A stretch of DNA of 64,000 nucleotides. Source: Octopus sinensis. Its lineage: Eukaryota. Position 1 is the stretch's first letter; every line of letters begins with the position of its first letter. The stretch covers positions 140,926,001-140,990,000 of the forward strand of contig NC_042998.1 of NCBI RefSeq assembly GCF_006345805.1, read 5' to 3'. Below are positions 25,523 to 36,611 of the stretch, piece after piece. The notes beneath the pieces are model-generated. The model ran no database searches. It was given only the letters and a program-made list of their open reading frames with translations, and was not told the DNA's origin. The position numbers were made by a program, and so were the translations under genes.

Positions 25523-25741
25523 TATTCGAGACAAAACCACTATTTTGCAAAACAAACAAGGAAAGACTTAATTAATACATAAATTTTAATTAAAATTTTA
25601 TGTATTAATTAAGTCTTTCCTTGTTTGTTTTGCAAAATAGTGGTTTGTCTCGAATAATATTTATAATATTTTACTATAAATCGATTTAATCCTAAATCTG
25701 ATTTTTTCCCTGTAAATTTGGATTTATTCCCTAATATTTAT

Positions 25742-25793
<52 letters not shown>

Positions 25794-26045
25794 GTCTGTG
25801 TGTGTGTGTGTGTGTGTGCGCGCATATGTCTTCCTGTCTATGTTTGTCCCTCACCACTGCTTGACAATTGGTGTTGGTGTGTTTACGTCCCCGTCACTTA
25901 GCGGTTCGCCGAAAGAGACCGATAGAATAAGTACCAGGCTTAAATAAAATATGTCCTAGGGTCGATTTGTTTGACTAAAAGCTCTTCAAGGCAGCACCCC
26001 AGTATGGCTGCAGTCATATGACTGAAACAAGTAAAAGATAAGAGA
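25240..26045 (+). mobile_element. Bipartite B-D SINE with a palindromic insertion in its (TA)n tract
   Basis: B remnant about 25240-25335, (TC)(TA)n, palindrome 25517-25662, (TA)n(TG)n, D module about 25830-26045. Confidence 0.7.
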
Positions 26046-27924
26046 CTAGTATCCAAGGAAACCAGCAATAAGTTTGATCGGGAAATATTGAAGGATCATA
26101 CAGAACGGAAGTGATTTGCCCCTTAAGATTAGAATAAAACTAAATTGAAAAGCATTAATCAAAGTAGAAAGGGTTAAAATAGCAGAGTACAACCAGCCGT
26201 TACTCACGAACGAGTACAGCTTGGTAACTTGTACCAAGTTTTTGCTCATATTTTAGGTCCCTATTTAGTTGTGAACAACATTAGATATCTTCTCAGTCTT
26301 CCTACCCTTGACCTAGTGGTACATCCTGATGTGACAGCTCGAAAAAGAGAGGGCCGCACCACTAGTACTCGGCTGTAAATTAGTAAAAGCTGAGTGGACT
26401 GGAGCAGCGAGATATGAAGTACCTTGCTCAAGTACACACCGCACCGCCCGGCCCGGGAACTGAATCCACACCCTTATGATTATTATCTAAAGACCCCAAT
26501 CATTAGATTACGTGCTTTTAATAATGTTAAAACAATAACAGAATATTTATTTGTAGTGTGAAACGGAACGCACAGATCACTGGAGAAAGAAATGGAAAAT
26601 GCCTCTCATAAAGAATCGGTGGAAACTAAAGAAGAAATCAGGTACCAGTATCCTATGTCTGCTATTACAGAAAGGAATATAAATATATTCCAGATCGACA
26701 GAGAGAACATATATACCTGCTCTGCACAACTTAAGTAGTGATTAAAAGATATAAATCAGCTGTTTATATTCTTCATCTCCTCCCTACCCTGCTGCATCTA
26801 GTTTAGTTCTTTATCTTTTTTTTATTCCTTTATTTTTGTTAGGATCTTTCTATATTTTTTCTTTCTCCGGGATTAATGTAATATACACAAGTTTTCGTTT
26901 CTCGAATTGCTGTTTAAGGATGCATATCGTTTTATATTATTTATCTTCCAAACCTTTGCAAATAATTTATTATTTATTCACATTTTGTGGGGATTAATTC
27001 TCGATACCTCGAATCAAAATGGTATTATCTTTCTAGGTATACATAAGTTAGAAAACACACGTTGCTAGAAGACTTATAGATGTTAAACCTGTGAGGTTTC
27101 TTCTTGCTCTAAATGTTTGATACTGTAAATAGATGTTTGAAACCGGAGGCCCCACATTTGTGTAAATGTTAAGAACGTTTACCTGCTATACAAAAGATGC
27201 GTAGTTCGATACCAGATGCTAGGCATTTTGCAGTTGTGACAAAGTCCAAGTATGTTATTTAGAGGACTCGTAACCTTGTAATGAACTAGAGCATCTAAGA
27301 GGCAATTATGCAGAGGCAACAGAGTTTTGACTTCGGAAGACTGAAATATACCTGCAGAGACGATACACAACGAGCAATGATCCTTACATGAACGGACTGA
27401 ACCCATGACTTAGCGATCGTGAGTACAATAGCCTAACCACTAGGCCACGCGCCTTTCAAATGACAACAACCTCGTTATATGTCTTGCCTTTCGTAGCCGA
27501 CGCTCAAATTTACTTCCTTCCAATAAGTTAAATGCTGTCATTAAGACGCTATTGTATGCTACTTAGTGTAAGAATTCCAAAGATACTGAACGGCTCAGAA
27601 TTCGCCAGATTATTTACTGCACCAAAGATAGAGGCAAGAACAGACGAGGGAAGCCTTAAGGATGTTGCGACCACTGGCACCATGCAGATCTACAAAACTC
27701 GAAACTATTTTGCAACTTCACAAGATACTTCAATGTTCCCTGGGACGAAGTAATTCAGTTCAGATATGAGAAATATGTACATTAGCGCCCCCAGCACCAA
27801 GATACCATCGAATCTAACCTCCAGCCACAGCTAATGAGCCAACACGCCTGTAGCTGTCTTCTCAGCGGCAGCTTTTAATTGTCATACCACATGCTTAGTT
27901 TCTATCTGCACTTACACGCACACA

Positions 27925-28012
<88 letters not shown>

Positions 28013-28407
28013 AATACGCAGACACACAGGCGCACGCAGAGACACACGCGCACGCAAACACACACGCACACACACTCACACACATATATACACATAACAG
28101 CTTAAATTATCTTACATAAGAAAATACAGATATATTAATGTGGAATGTACACGCTCATTTACGACATAAAATCAACAATGAAACGCAATTCATTTGGGAC
28201 AACTATTCCTATCTGTCACAAGCATGTGAGAAAAAGACAAGCTCAGGTCGTATCAAATGACAAATGTTAGTCTTTCAATCTTCTCTTATAACATAAACTA
28301 TATTTTGAAATACCCGAGTACTTTCTCCTTCCATTTTGATTTCATGAACTTGAAAATTCTCTCTCCTTTCGTACGACTTAAAAAAAAATCCCATGCATTT
28401 ATTCTAT

Positions 28408-28730
28408 GTGGAGGCACGTGGCTTAGTAGTTAGCATGTCACAATCATGAGGTAGTAAGTTCGATTCCCGGGCCGGGCTGTGCGTTGTGTTCTTGAGCAAG
28501 ACACTTTATTTCACGTTGCTCTAGTTCACTCAGCAGTAGAAATGAGCTGTGACACCACTGGTACTAAGCTGTATCGACCTTTGCCTTTCCCTTGGATAAT
28601 ACCGGTGGCGTGAGATATGCATGGGCGACTGCTGGTCTTCACAAATAACTTTGCCCGGGCTTGTGCTTCGGAGGGGAACTTTCTAGGTACAATCCTATGG
28701 TCATTAATGACTGAAGAGGGTTTACCCTAT
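28408..28730 (+). mobile_element. tRNA-headed SINE family C
   Basis: gtggaggcacgtggcttagtagttag...aagttcgattccc head and the same central domain as 21614. Further minus-strand copies near 22060-22292, 25020-25112, 26330-26518 and 27150-27453. Confidence 0.8.
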
Positions 28731-28799
28731 TCCGCTTTAAAATAGGTGTTATTGACCTCCACGCCGCATGTCTTTGATAGAGTTAAAGTATAAAGTATT

Positions 28800-29150
28800 C
28801 CCCAGACCCAGTCAGGTGAGGAGTATGGCTGAGATATTAAACTAATTTCATAGTGTCGTAAATATAGCGAAGCGGCCGAAATGGGGTTGCTCCGAAGAAA
28901 TCTCCGGAGTAATGTTACTCGACAGGACAGGTAACTCGGAAATCAGGGAGTCATTCCAGTTAGAGCCGCTACTTCTCTGAAAAGCGGTCATAGCTCTGGT
29001 CCTACGAGAATGTAAATTAGAAAGCCGTAGGAAAGGATCGCAAGATGGATTCCTCAAAGCAAGCCAATCGACAGGAGATCTAGGGCTAGACGAAAAACGA
29101 GATGGTTGGATATCATCCATAGATTTAGTTGTCTACGTTCGGAATCCATT
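28800..29150 (+). mobile_element. RTE-clade LINE 3' fragment
   Basis: AAEMGLLRR...GVMLLDRTGNSEIRESFQLEPLLL...RRSRARRKTRWLDII. Confidence 0.65.
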
Positions 29151-30059
29151 TGGAAAGTGAAATGTTTTTTTTTTCTGGTAGCACCATATGGAAGATGTGT
29201 CTGAGGACTTTATCACACGACCTTTACTGTTTGGTGAGTGGGTAAAATGGATAGATGGATGTGGCTAACTTACAATTTATCCAATTTGACGAATGTCGAG
29301 ACTTATTACAATAGCAATAGATGATATAACTGACCTAATGTCTGCTAGAAGATCCTTTACTTTCAAGAGAAAGAATGCTGAATAGATGAGGTTGAAGAGA
29401 AGTTCAATGTCATCACGACTCAATATTGACGAAATCCAAAATTGTGATTTAATAAGTTTATGACTAGATAATGAACTAAAATACATAATGAGCAATAAAA
29501 AATTAGAGGGACGACAAACTTATGATGTGAAAAAATTTGAATGGTTGTACAGACAACAGACTCCATCAAACAATCATCATATTAACATTGGTAAATAGAA
29601 AATATGATATCAGGGAACTTCTCAAACCTAACGTCAAGCCCAAAGGGAAGCATTAAAACTGTCAGAATCCAGAGCTGCTCTTCGTAGCTAAAAGAATTTG
29701 AAGGACCTAGACGCCATTTTCTTCAACCACCAGTCCTAAATAAACTACGCATCGTCTTCCAAACACATATGGGACATATAGAAAAAATGAAAGATATTAC
29801 TTCATGGCAAATCATTGCCGCAGCTATACACTTGGTGAATATAGTGAGGGGTGGGCGCTAATTCTGTTTATCCCCCCCCCCAAAACAGTAGGTCAAAGCT
29901 AATGCCAATTTGACGTCACGGTAGAAATGTTTACAAATGAATGTGTACGGCACTTTACAACATTAAAGCTGTTCATTAATAAATTGCAACCAATGAACAA
30001 AAATTGTGACCTGATCAAAGAACAAGACAATAGACAATCATCAAGTGTTTAATTTCAAA

Positions 30060-30437
30060 AAGGTAGAATATTTTTTCTTTGATACAACGGAAGGAACTGG
30101 AAAAACATTGTCAACTTGTAGTAAAAATTTTGTTAAAAGCAGCGAATTATACCTTCGGCTTCGTTTTCATGTGTTTGCTGCATATCTGCATAGAGGCGAT
30201 GCATTCTATGCTCTATTCATGATTTTCCTCAACATGGAGATAAACAAAAATTCTGCCTACAATTTCAGCGAGGGAACAGAAATAGTAGAGATCTAAGATG
30301 ATGCAGAATGATTGTTGAGAATGAGCGTATAATGTCTCGCAAAGAATCATTGGAAGTTCTGGACAAGACACAATAAGTTTTCCATGGAAACAGAAAGATA
30401 CTAAGAGGAGCTATTAATTTTGGTTGGAGATTTCATT
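30060..30437 (+). mobile_element. Helitron Pif1-like helicase fragment
   Basis: YFFFDTTEGTGKTL (Walker A; compare FLDAPGGTGKT) ... IMSRKESLEVLDKT ... LVGDF. Confidence 0.8.
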
Positions 30438-31938
30438 GCTCTGATGAAATATCTGGTCTACTACCCTCCGTCAAGACCTTTAAACGTCTTCCCAGACACA
30501 TCATTTCTCTGTTGAGCTTCCCGTTAATCTTAAATATGTTTATTCTAATAGCTTCTTTCCTCGAACTGCTGCTCTCTAGAACTCACTATCATCATTTTGT
30601 TTTCCTTTGGCCTTTGATATTCAATTCTTTAAGCTTTCTGTCAATCAACATTTTTTTAATTTGAAGGTCTCTCCTTTTCTGTCGTTGTAGTTCCTTATAC
30701 TACAGCGACCCCAAGCCTTGTATGAGAGAGAATCGTATAAAAAAAAAAAGAAACAAACATTATCCGTTATTCAATAAAGCACAGGAACAGATGAAATTAA
30801 GGCTTGTTAAAACTCATCGTGTCTTAAGAGAAATTCCACTTATTTATCAATATGAGAGTCCAATCTTTTGCATCAATTATCTGGGCAAAGAAGTTATCTG
30901 AACACCACGATGATAAAGTTAAAGTAGGTGTACAAGGAAGAATTGATATAGCGACAGCGACATAGCTAGAGTGTGAGACGCCCGGGGCGGCCCTTGAGTT
31001 TGCCGTTCCCCACAGCAATGCAACCTATATAGAGCTATATAGTAGGCTCTAAATTACCACTCTATAAAAGCATTGGTAGGTGCGAACAGCCTCTCGCCCT
31101 TTCACCCCCAATCCTGCTACGCATATAGACAGTATAATAGTATTATTTGTTGACGAAGTTAAAGAAATGGTCTTTTCGAACGTTTGAATGATAAATAGTT
31201 GTATGAAAGAATAATGATATTAGCGCCGAAGAACAGTGGTTTCGACGCCATTCACACAACTAGTTGCAGCTGTTATTTGGTACGGGTTACCTCCACAGTT
31301 AAAATGTGTTAATTAATAAAGCAGTGTTAATTGAATTAATTGACACGGTTTAATAGTAGAAGAGGTTTTTACCAGTTAGCTATTGTAAAATTGGCAATTA
31401 ACACAGCTTCTTGCGCTAGAAAAGAAAAAATAATAAAACCTAAGAGGTACAGACTCATCAAGCTTTATAGTGACAAATGTTCGTGCGACTATTTAAATCT
31501 TTGAAACTGTTAAACTGTCACAAGTTAAAAGACAGCTCTTATTCGTTTTTTAATGTGGATGTTTTTAAAAACTCTTTCTAAGCTTTTTTTTAAATATATT
31601 ATTATGCTTTAAAAAATCTCTTCAGATTTTTATACTTTGAAAGTCAAAAGTCTACAAAATATCCTTTTAAGTAAAAGAAATTAATTTAAAAACTTTTATC
31701 TGAAACGAATTATGATTAGGTGATTTACGGCTACAGCGCATTATCTTTATATACAAATATATTTTGCTTGTATTTGAAGTGAAAAAATATGTTTTCTTTG
31801 TATTTAAATACATTAGTTTGCTTTTTCTTACTGAAAGTTTAAAACGCAGTTGTTCAAATAATGGACTTATTCAGAATGACCATGGTTCTTTTTCAAGAAT
31901 TTGTTCACCACTCGAGCGTGAGTGACCTTTATCTTGCT

Positions 31939-32016
<78 letters not shown>

Positions 32017-32017
32017 A

Positions 32018-32175
32018 GGAGGCGTGGCTGTATGGTAAGAAGTTTGTTACCGAACCAAAGGCTACGGCTTCAATCACACTGTGTCGCACCTTGGGCATAT
32101 GTCATCAATTAATCTCTTTGGCCGACCAAAGCCTTGTGAGAGGATTTGGTAGACGGAAACGGAAAGAAGCTTGTC
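32018..32175 (+). mobile_element. SINE family B module whose (TA)n tail hosts the full PLE
   Basis: ggaggcgtggctgtatggtaagaag...gccgaccaaagccttgtgagaggatttggtagacggaaacggaaagaagc, then (TA)n 32176-32217. Confidence 0.85.
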
Positions 32176-32208
<33 letters not shown>

Positions 32209-32283
32209 ATATATATAAAGAAATGAAGAAAATGCTGACAAAATAATTTAAGTAAGGGAGAGTGTATTTAATTAGGTGAAAGC

Positions 32284-32323
32284 TCTTTTTACCGGTTGCG
32301 CATTTGTTATGCTTATCAAAAGA
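32284..32323 (-). ncRNA. Atypical type I hammerhead-like motif in the PLE 3' terminal repeat (U3-A8, C13)
   Basis: Minus RNA UCUU UUGAUAA GCAU AACAA AUGC GCAA CCGG UA AAAAGA: stem II GCAU/AUGC, palindromic CCGG at stem III, U/A-rich stem I. Confidence 0.55.
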
Positions 32324-33267
32324 TATTTTTTTAAGAGAGATAGAGTTCCTTCCTGATAGATTTTTTTCTCTTATCTGACTTTATGTTGGGTTTGCTGTCT
32401 CTTATATGTGAAAAAAGAGGCTCCAGAGTTGTTTAAGATTTGCTTGGTTTCGCGCCTAAAATTTCTTGTGGACAATGGTTAATACAATTTTGATTGGTCA
32501 TTATAAAGGGGTCACGTGAATGTTTGAATGGAAGTTGGTGTTGGGGTAGGAAAATAGGCTCCAGAGATGTTAAAATTTGGCTAGTGTCGCGCCTAAAATT
32601 TCTTATTGGTCATAATAAAGAGGTCACGTGGATGTGGTCATAATAGAGAGGTCACGTGAATGTTTAGAATGAATGTTGCTGTGGGTGGTGTATGGAGTTT
32701 TCGAAAATAGCGTTGTTGAAAATTCTTATTGTTCAGGCTGGTCAGTAGACGTCATGTGGATATTTTAAATAGCTTTTTAGCGCGTAGTTAAGGAGTGTAT
32801 TTTCCGCTTGACTGAATTTGAGCTGGATAAGTAAGTTCGTTTAGGACAGGAAGAGCTATATGTATGTATGTGCGCGCGCGCGCGCGCGTGTGTGTGTTTA
32901 TATGTATGTTGGGGCGCGCGCGCGTGTATATATGTGTGCGTGTGTGGGTACAATTTTCAATATTTATAGTTCTGCTGGCCTTGTGCCTGTATCGGGAAGC
33001 AACGTGTATGTGTGAAGTCAATATTTACAGTCATTTCCAAAAAATAGTGTTGGATGTTTTGCACCCGTATCAAATTATGTGTATGTGTGGAACCATATAT
33101 TTGCGTGTGTCATGGTGTTAATATCTGGGTAAAAGTGTGTGTAGGTGTGTGCAGGTGTAAGTGTGTTTGTTGTGGGTTCGTGTTAGGGGGATGTGTTTAG
33201 AAGTGGTCTGTATTTATTAATAAGGTGGGATTCCATGGTTATTCGCTGGGTATGAGTGGCATTGTCT

Positions 33268-36200
33268 TTAAATTTGTAGAGGGGGAAAGATTCTAAAATT
33301 GGGATGAAGTTGTGCGGCACAGGTATCAATATGTGCACTAAGTGCTATTTTTCTGTATTCCTGTATTTTTATTTGGGATCTGTGGACAGTCATGCGTTGG
33401 CGGAGGCTATTTTTAGTTTGGCCTATATAGTGTTCATTACAGCCCGAGCAAGTTAAGACATATACTAGGTTTTCTGATGTGCATGTGAAGTTGTGTTTTA
33501 CTGTGAAACGTTGTCCTTGTTTAAAAAGGAATTCCGGACCTTCTATTAGGTTGATGCATATACCACAGTTGGGTCTATTGCATTTGTTTACTGTGGGTTT
33601 AGTTGTTGTGGTTGGCAGTACTTTGGCATTTGTTAGGATGGTTTTCAATGATTTGGGTTGCCTTTTGCTCTTTATGATTTCGTGTGTTAGGAGAATTTGG
33701 TTCATTCTGTAGTCCTTTTTTAATACAGGAATGTTCTGGAGGATGGTGTCAAAAGCTTCATTGTTGAGGAGGTTGTGTGTAGAGATGTATGGTAGAGTAT
33801 GGAGTTTCGATGTAACAGGTTTAGGGCGTCTAAGTTCCTGTGTGCTGAGTTTTAGGGCGCGTTGGATCCCATTGTCAATTAGTGACGTGGGGTAATCCCT
33901 GCTTGTTAATGTGTCCTTAAGTTCTTGTAGACGTAAGAGACGGGTGTTTTTATTGGAGACTAAAGTGCAAATTCTCTTGGCTAAGTTGTAGGGAATGTTA
34001 ATTTTAACGTGTCTAGGGTGGCATGAATTGAAAGGGAGGTATTGCTTGGAGTCTGTGGGCTTGTAGTATATGTCTGTTTCTATTTTTTTGTTGTGAATTT
34101 TAATGAGGATGTCGAGGAAGGGAATTTGTTGAGGGCTGTATTCCATTGTGAAAATAATGTTTGTGTTGAGCCCATTTATAAGGGTGTGAAATTCTTTAAG
34201 CTTCTCGATGGTTTCGGGCCAAAGGATGAAGCAGTCATCAAGATATCTCTTCCAGTTCTTCTCTATGTGTGTGTGGAGAGTGGTGCCAAATTGGTTAAGA
34301 ACGTTATTATAGAGGGTGATTTCCAGGTATCCCATGACTAGGTTGGCCTAAGTGGGAGCTGTTTTCGTTCCCATTGCCGTCTCTGATTTCTGTCTGTAGA
34401 ATTTGTTGTTGAAGGTGAAGAAATTATTCTCTAAGATGAATTTGAGTCCTTCTAAAATAAATTCCTTTTTGATGCGGTGTGGGAGTTCGTTGGAGTAATT
34501 ATCCAGCCAGAATTGGATAGCTTCTATTCCTATATTGTGGGGGATGTTGGAGTAAAGATTAACTACATCGAATGTTACTAGCAGGGTTTGTTCAGCAAGA
34601 AGTGTATTGGGGAGGTGGTTGAGCATATCTAGATCGTCCCTTATGTAGCTTTTAATGTGTTTGAGGAAGGGCTTGAGAAGGGTATCAATGAAGTTGCTAA
34701 GGCGGTGGGTTTCGCAAGCGGGACCTGATATTATAGGTCTCAATTTGAGGTCATTTGGTGAGGGGACATTGATTACAGAGTTTGTGGCTTCCTTGCATGC
34801 CTTACTTATTAATTCGCTTTTATGAATTTTGGGAATACCGTAGAAGAGGCTGGTTTTACTAGTGAAATATGTGATGAAGTTGAATTCTTTGTTAGTGAGT
34901 TCTTCTTTGTGGGGGTTGATCAGGGTTTTTAAGTTTCTCATAATTTTCTGTTGATTGTAGTGTTCAGCCTTTTCGTAATATGTTCCATTTTCCAAGGTGG
35001 AGAGTGCTAAGTTGATATAGTATTCTGTCTCCATTAAGACTACTGCACTTCCTTTATCGGCCTCTTTAATGGTGATAGATCTTTCATTTTTTTTTTTTAG
35101 TTCTTCCCACTCTTTCTTGTTTGTGGTTTGGTTTGTGTTTTGGTTTGTGTAAGTGTTGGTAGGGGAAGTTTGTAATGTGCTCACAGAATTCGTCTAGGAT
35201 TTTATTTCTACCTTTTGGTGGGGTGTAGTTGCTTTTATTTCTAGCTAGTGACTCATCCTCATTGTGCTGGTCGAATAGTTCCTCACTAAATCGTAATTTT
35301 CTACAAAATTCTGTAATGTCTTCCTTCATTTCGTAGTAGTTTGGACGTGGGGGGTGGGGGTGAATTTAAGACCTTTGGAGAGTAAGTTGAGAAGGTTGGG
35401 GTTGGGTTCTGTATTGGTCAAATTGATGACTTTAATTAGTTTCTGTTTCTCTTCCCTGTCCTGTGTTATTTTGTTTGCCTGTATCTGTGTGCTGTGTCTA
35501 AAAAATGGTTGGGGTAGAGGGGTTGTCTGTTGGTGTTAAGAGGTCCTGTGTGTTTGTTATATTCCTTGTTGTGAAATATGGTTCGGGTTCGTGGTTGTGG
35601 ATAGAATGGGGTGTTCCTGTATTGCGGGTGTTGGTGTGTGTTTCTTTGTGTCGTGATGGATTGTGGTGATATGAGTGGCCTACGTGGGTGCTTGTATCGA
35701 GTGGTATGGGCTTGTTGTGTATTGTGAGAGTTGAGAAAGTGAAAATTACCTTGTTGTCCCCTCGTGGTGTGGATGTTGTTGTGTCTATCCTGGTAGTGGA
35801 ATCCTCTTTTATTTGTTAATAAGGTATTCGAGTAGTTGTTGAGTTGTTGTGTATAGTGTCTCCTTGAAGGGGGAAATTCGTTAATGTAATTCTGGTGGTG
35901 AGGGTTTCCAGGGTTCTTGTTCCTCCTTATGGACGTGGGGTAAGAAGGTACATCTTCAATATGCTGTTTCCTTCTTTTGTTCGAGGTTGGAGGGTTGGCG
36001 GAATAGTTGTGTATATCTCGGCCTTGTTGTTGTTTCTAATCATTTTCCAGAAGGAGAACTTTCTGTCTCTGAGGGATTTGTTCCATTCTGGGATTATATG
36101 ATTTTTCAGTTTGTATGAATCAATTTGACATGGTTCTTCTTTGTTTTTGGCTGGGTTGGTGGTGGTGAAAAAGGTGTGGATCGTATCACACAGAGTTTGT

Positions 36201-36360
36201 AGCTTATCGCCGATTTCGGAGGGTTTGTGTCCGGTAATGGTTTCCTCATTAGTGGAGTCCAATTTGTTGACTAGTACAGAGAGGTTGTGTTGATGTTTTT
36301 GAGTTCCTGTAGGATTTCTTCGTTTAAGTTGATTAGGGTGGTTTCAGTTTTTGTAGGCAT
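33268..36360 (-). pseudogene. PLE polyprotein (RT + Cys linker + GIY-YIG endonuclease), disrupted by several frameshifts and one in-frame TAG
   Basis: ATG at 36360; LKLRPIISGP, LVTFDVVNLYSNIP, TAMGTKTAPT*ANLVMG, WKRYLDDCFILW, YYKPTDSKQYL, CNRPNCGIC, LVYVLTCSGCNEHYIGQT. Confidence 0.93.
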
Positions 36361-36563
36361 TTTCTGTATCTCGTGCGGGGATATGATATAAAAAAGGAGA
36401 TGTGGAACACGAGTTGTGATATATAAAAAAAGGAAATGAAGAAAATGCTGACAAAAAAGAACTTTCACCTAATTAAATACACTCTCCCTTACTTAAATTA
36501 TTTTGTCAGCATTTTCTTCATTTCCTTTTTTATATATCACAACTCGTGTTCCACATCTCCTTT

Positions 36564-36611
<48 letters not shown>

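Larger units (their letters stand above)
32218..36567 (-). mobile_element. Near full-length Penelope-like retroelement (Neptune-like), flanked by (TA)n on both sides
   Basis: RT and C-terminal GIY-YIG ORF; about 1 kb 3' UTR; inverted partial terminal repeat at the 5' end (36462-36524 is a 63/63 reverse complement of 32220-32282). Confidence 0.93.

Noticed and set aside
26557-26641. Purine-rich candidate exon after ttgtag
   Set aside because: Weak donor (gtacca), no homology, and only one open frame without recognisable product.
29150-29830. Very decayed RTE-like RT traces
   Set aside because: Motif resemblance is too fragmentary to call.
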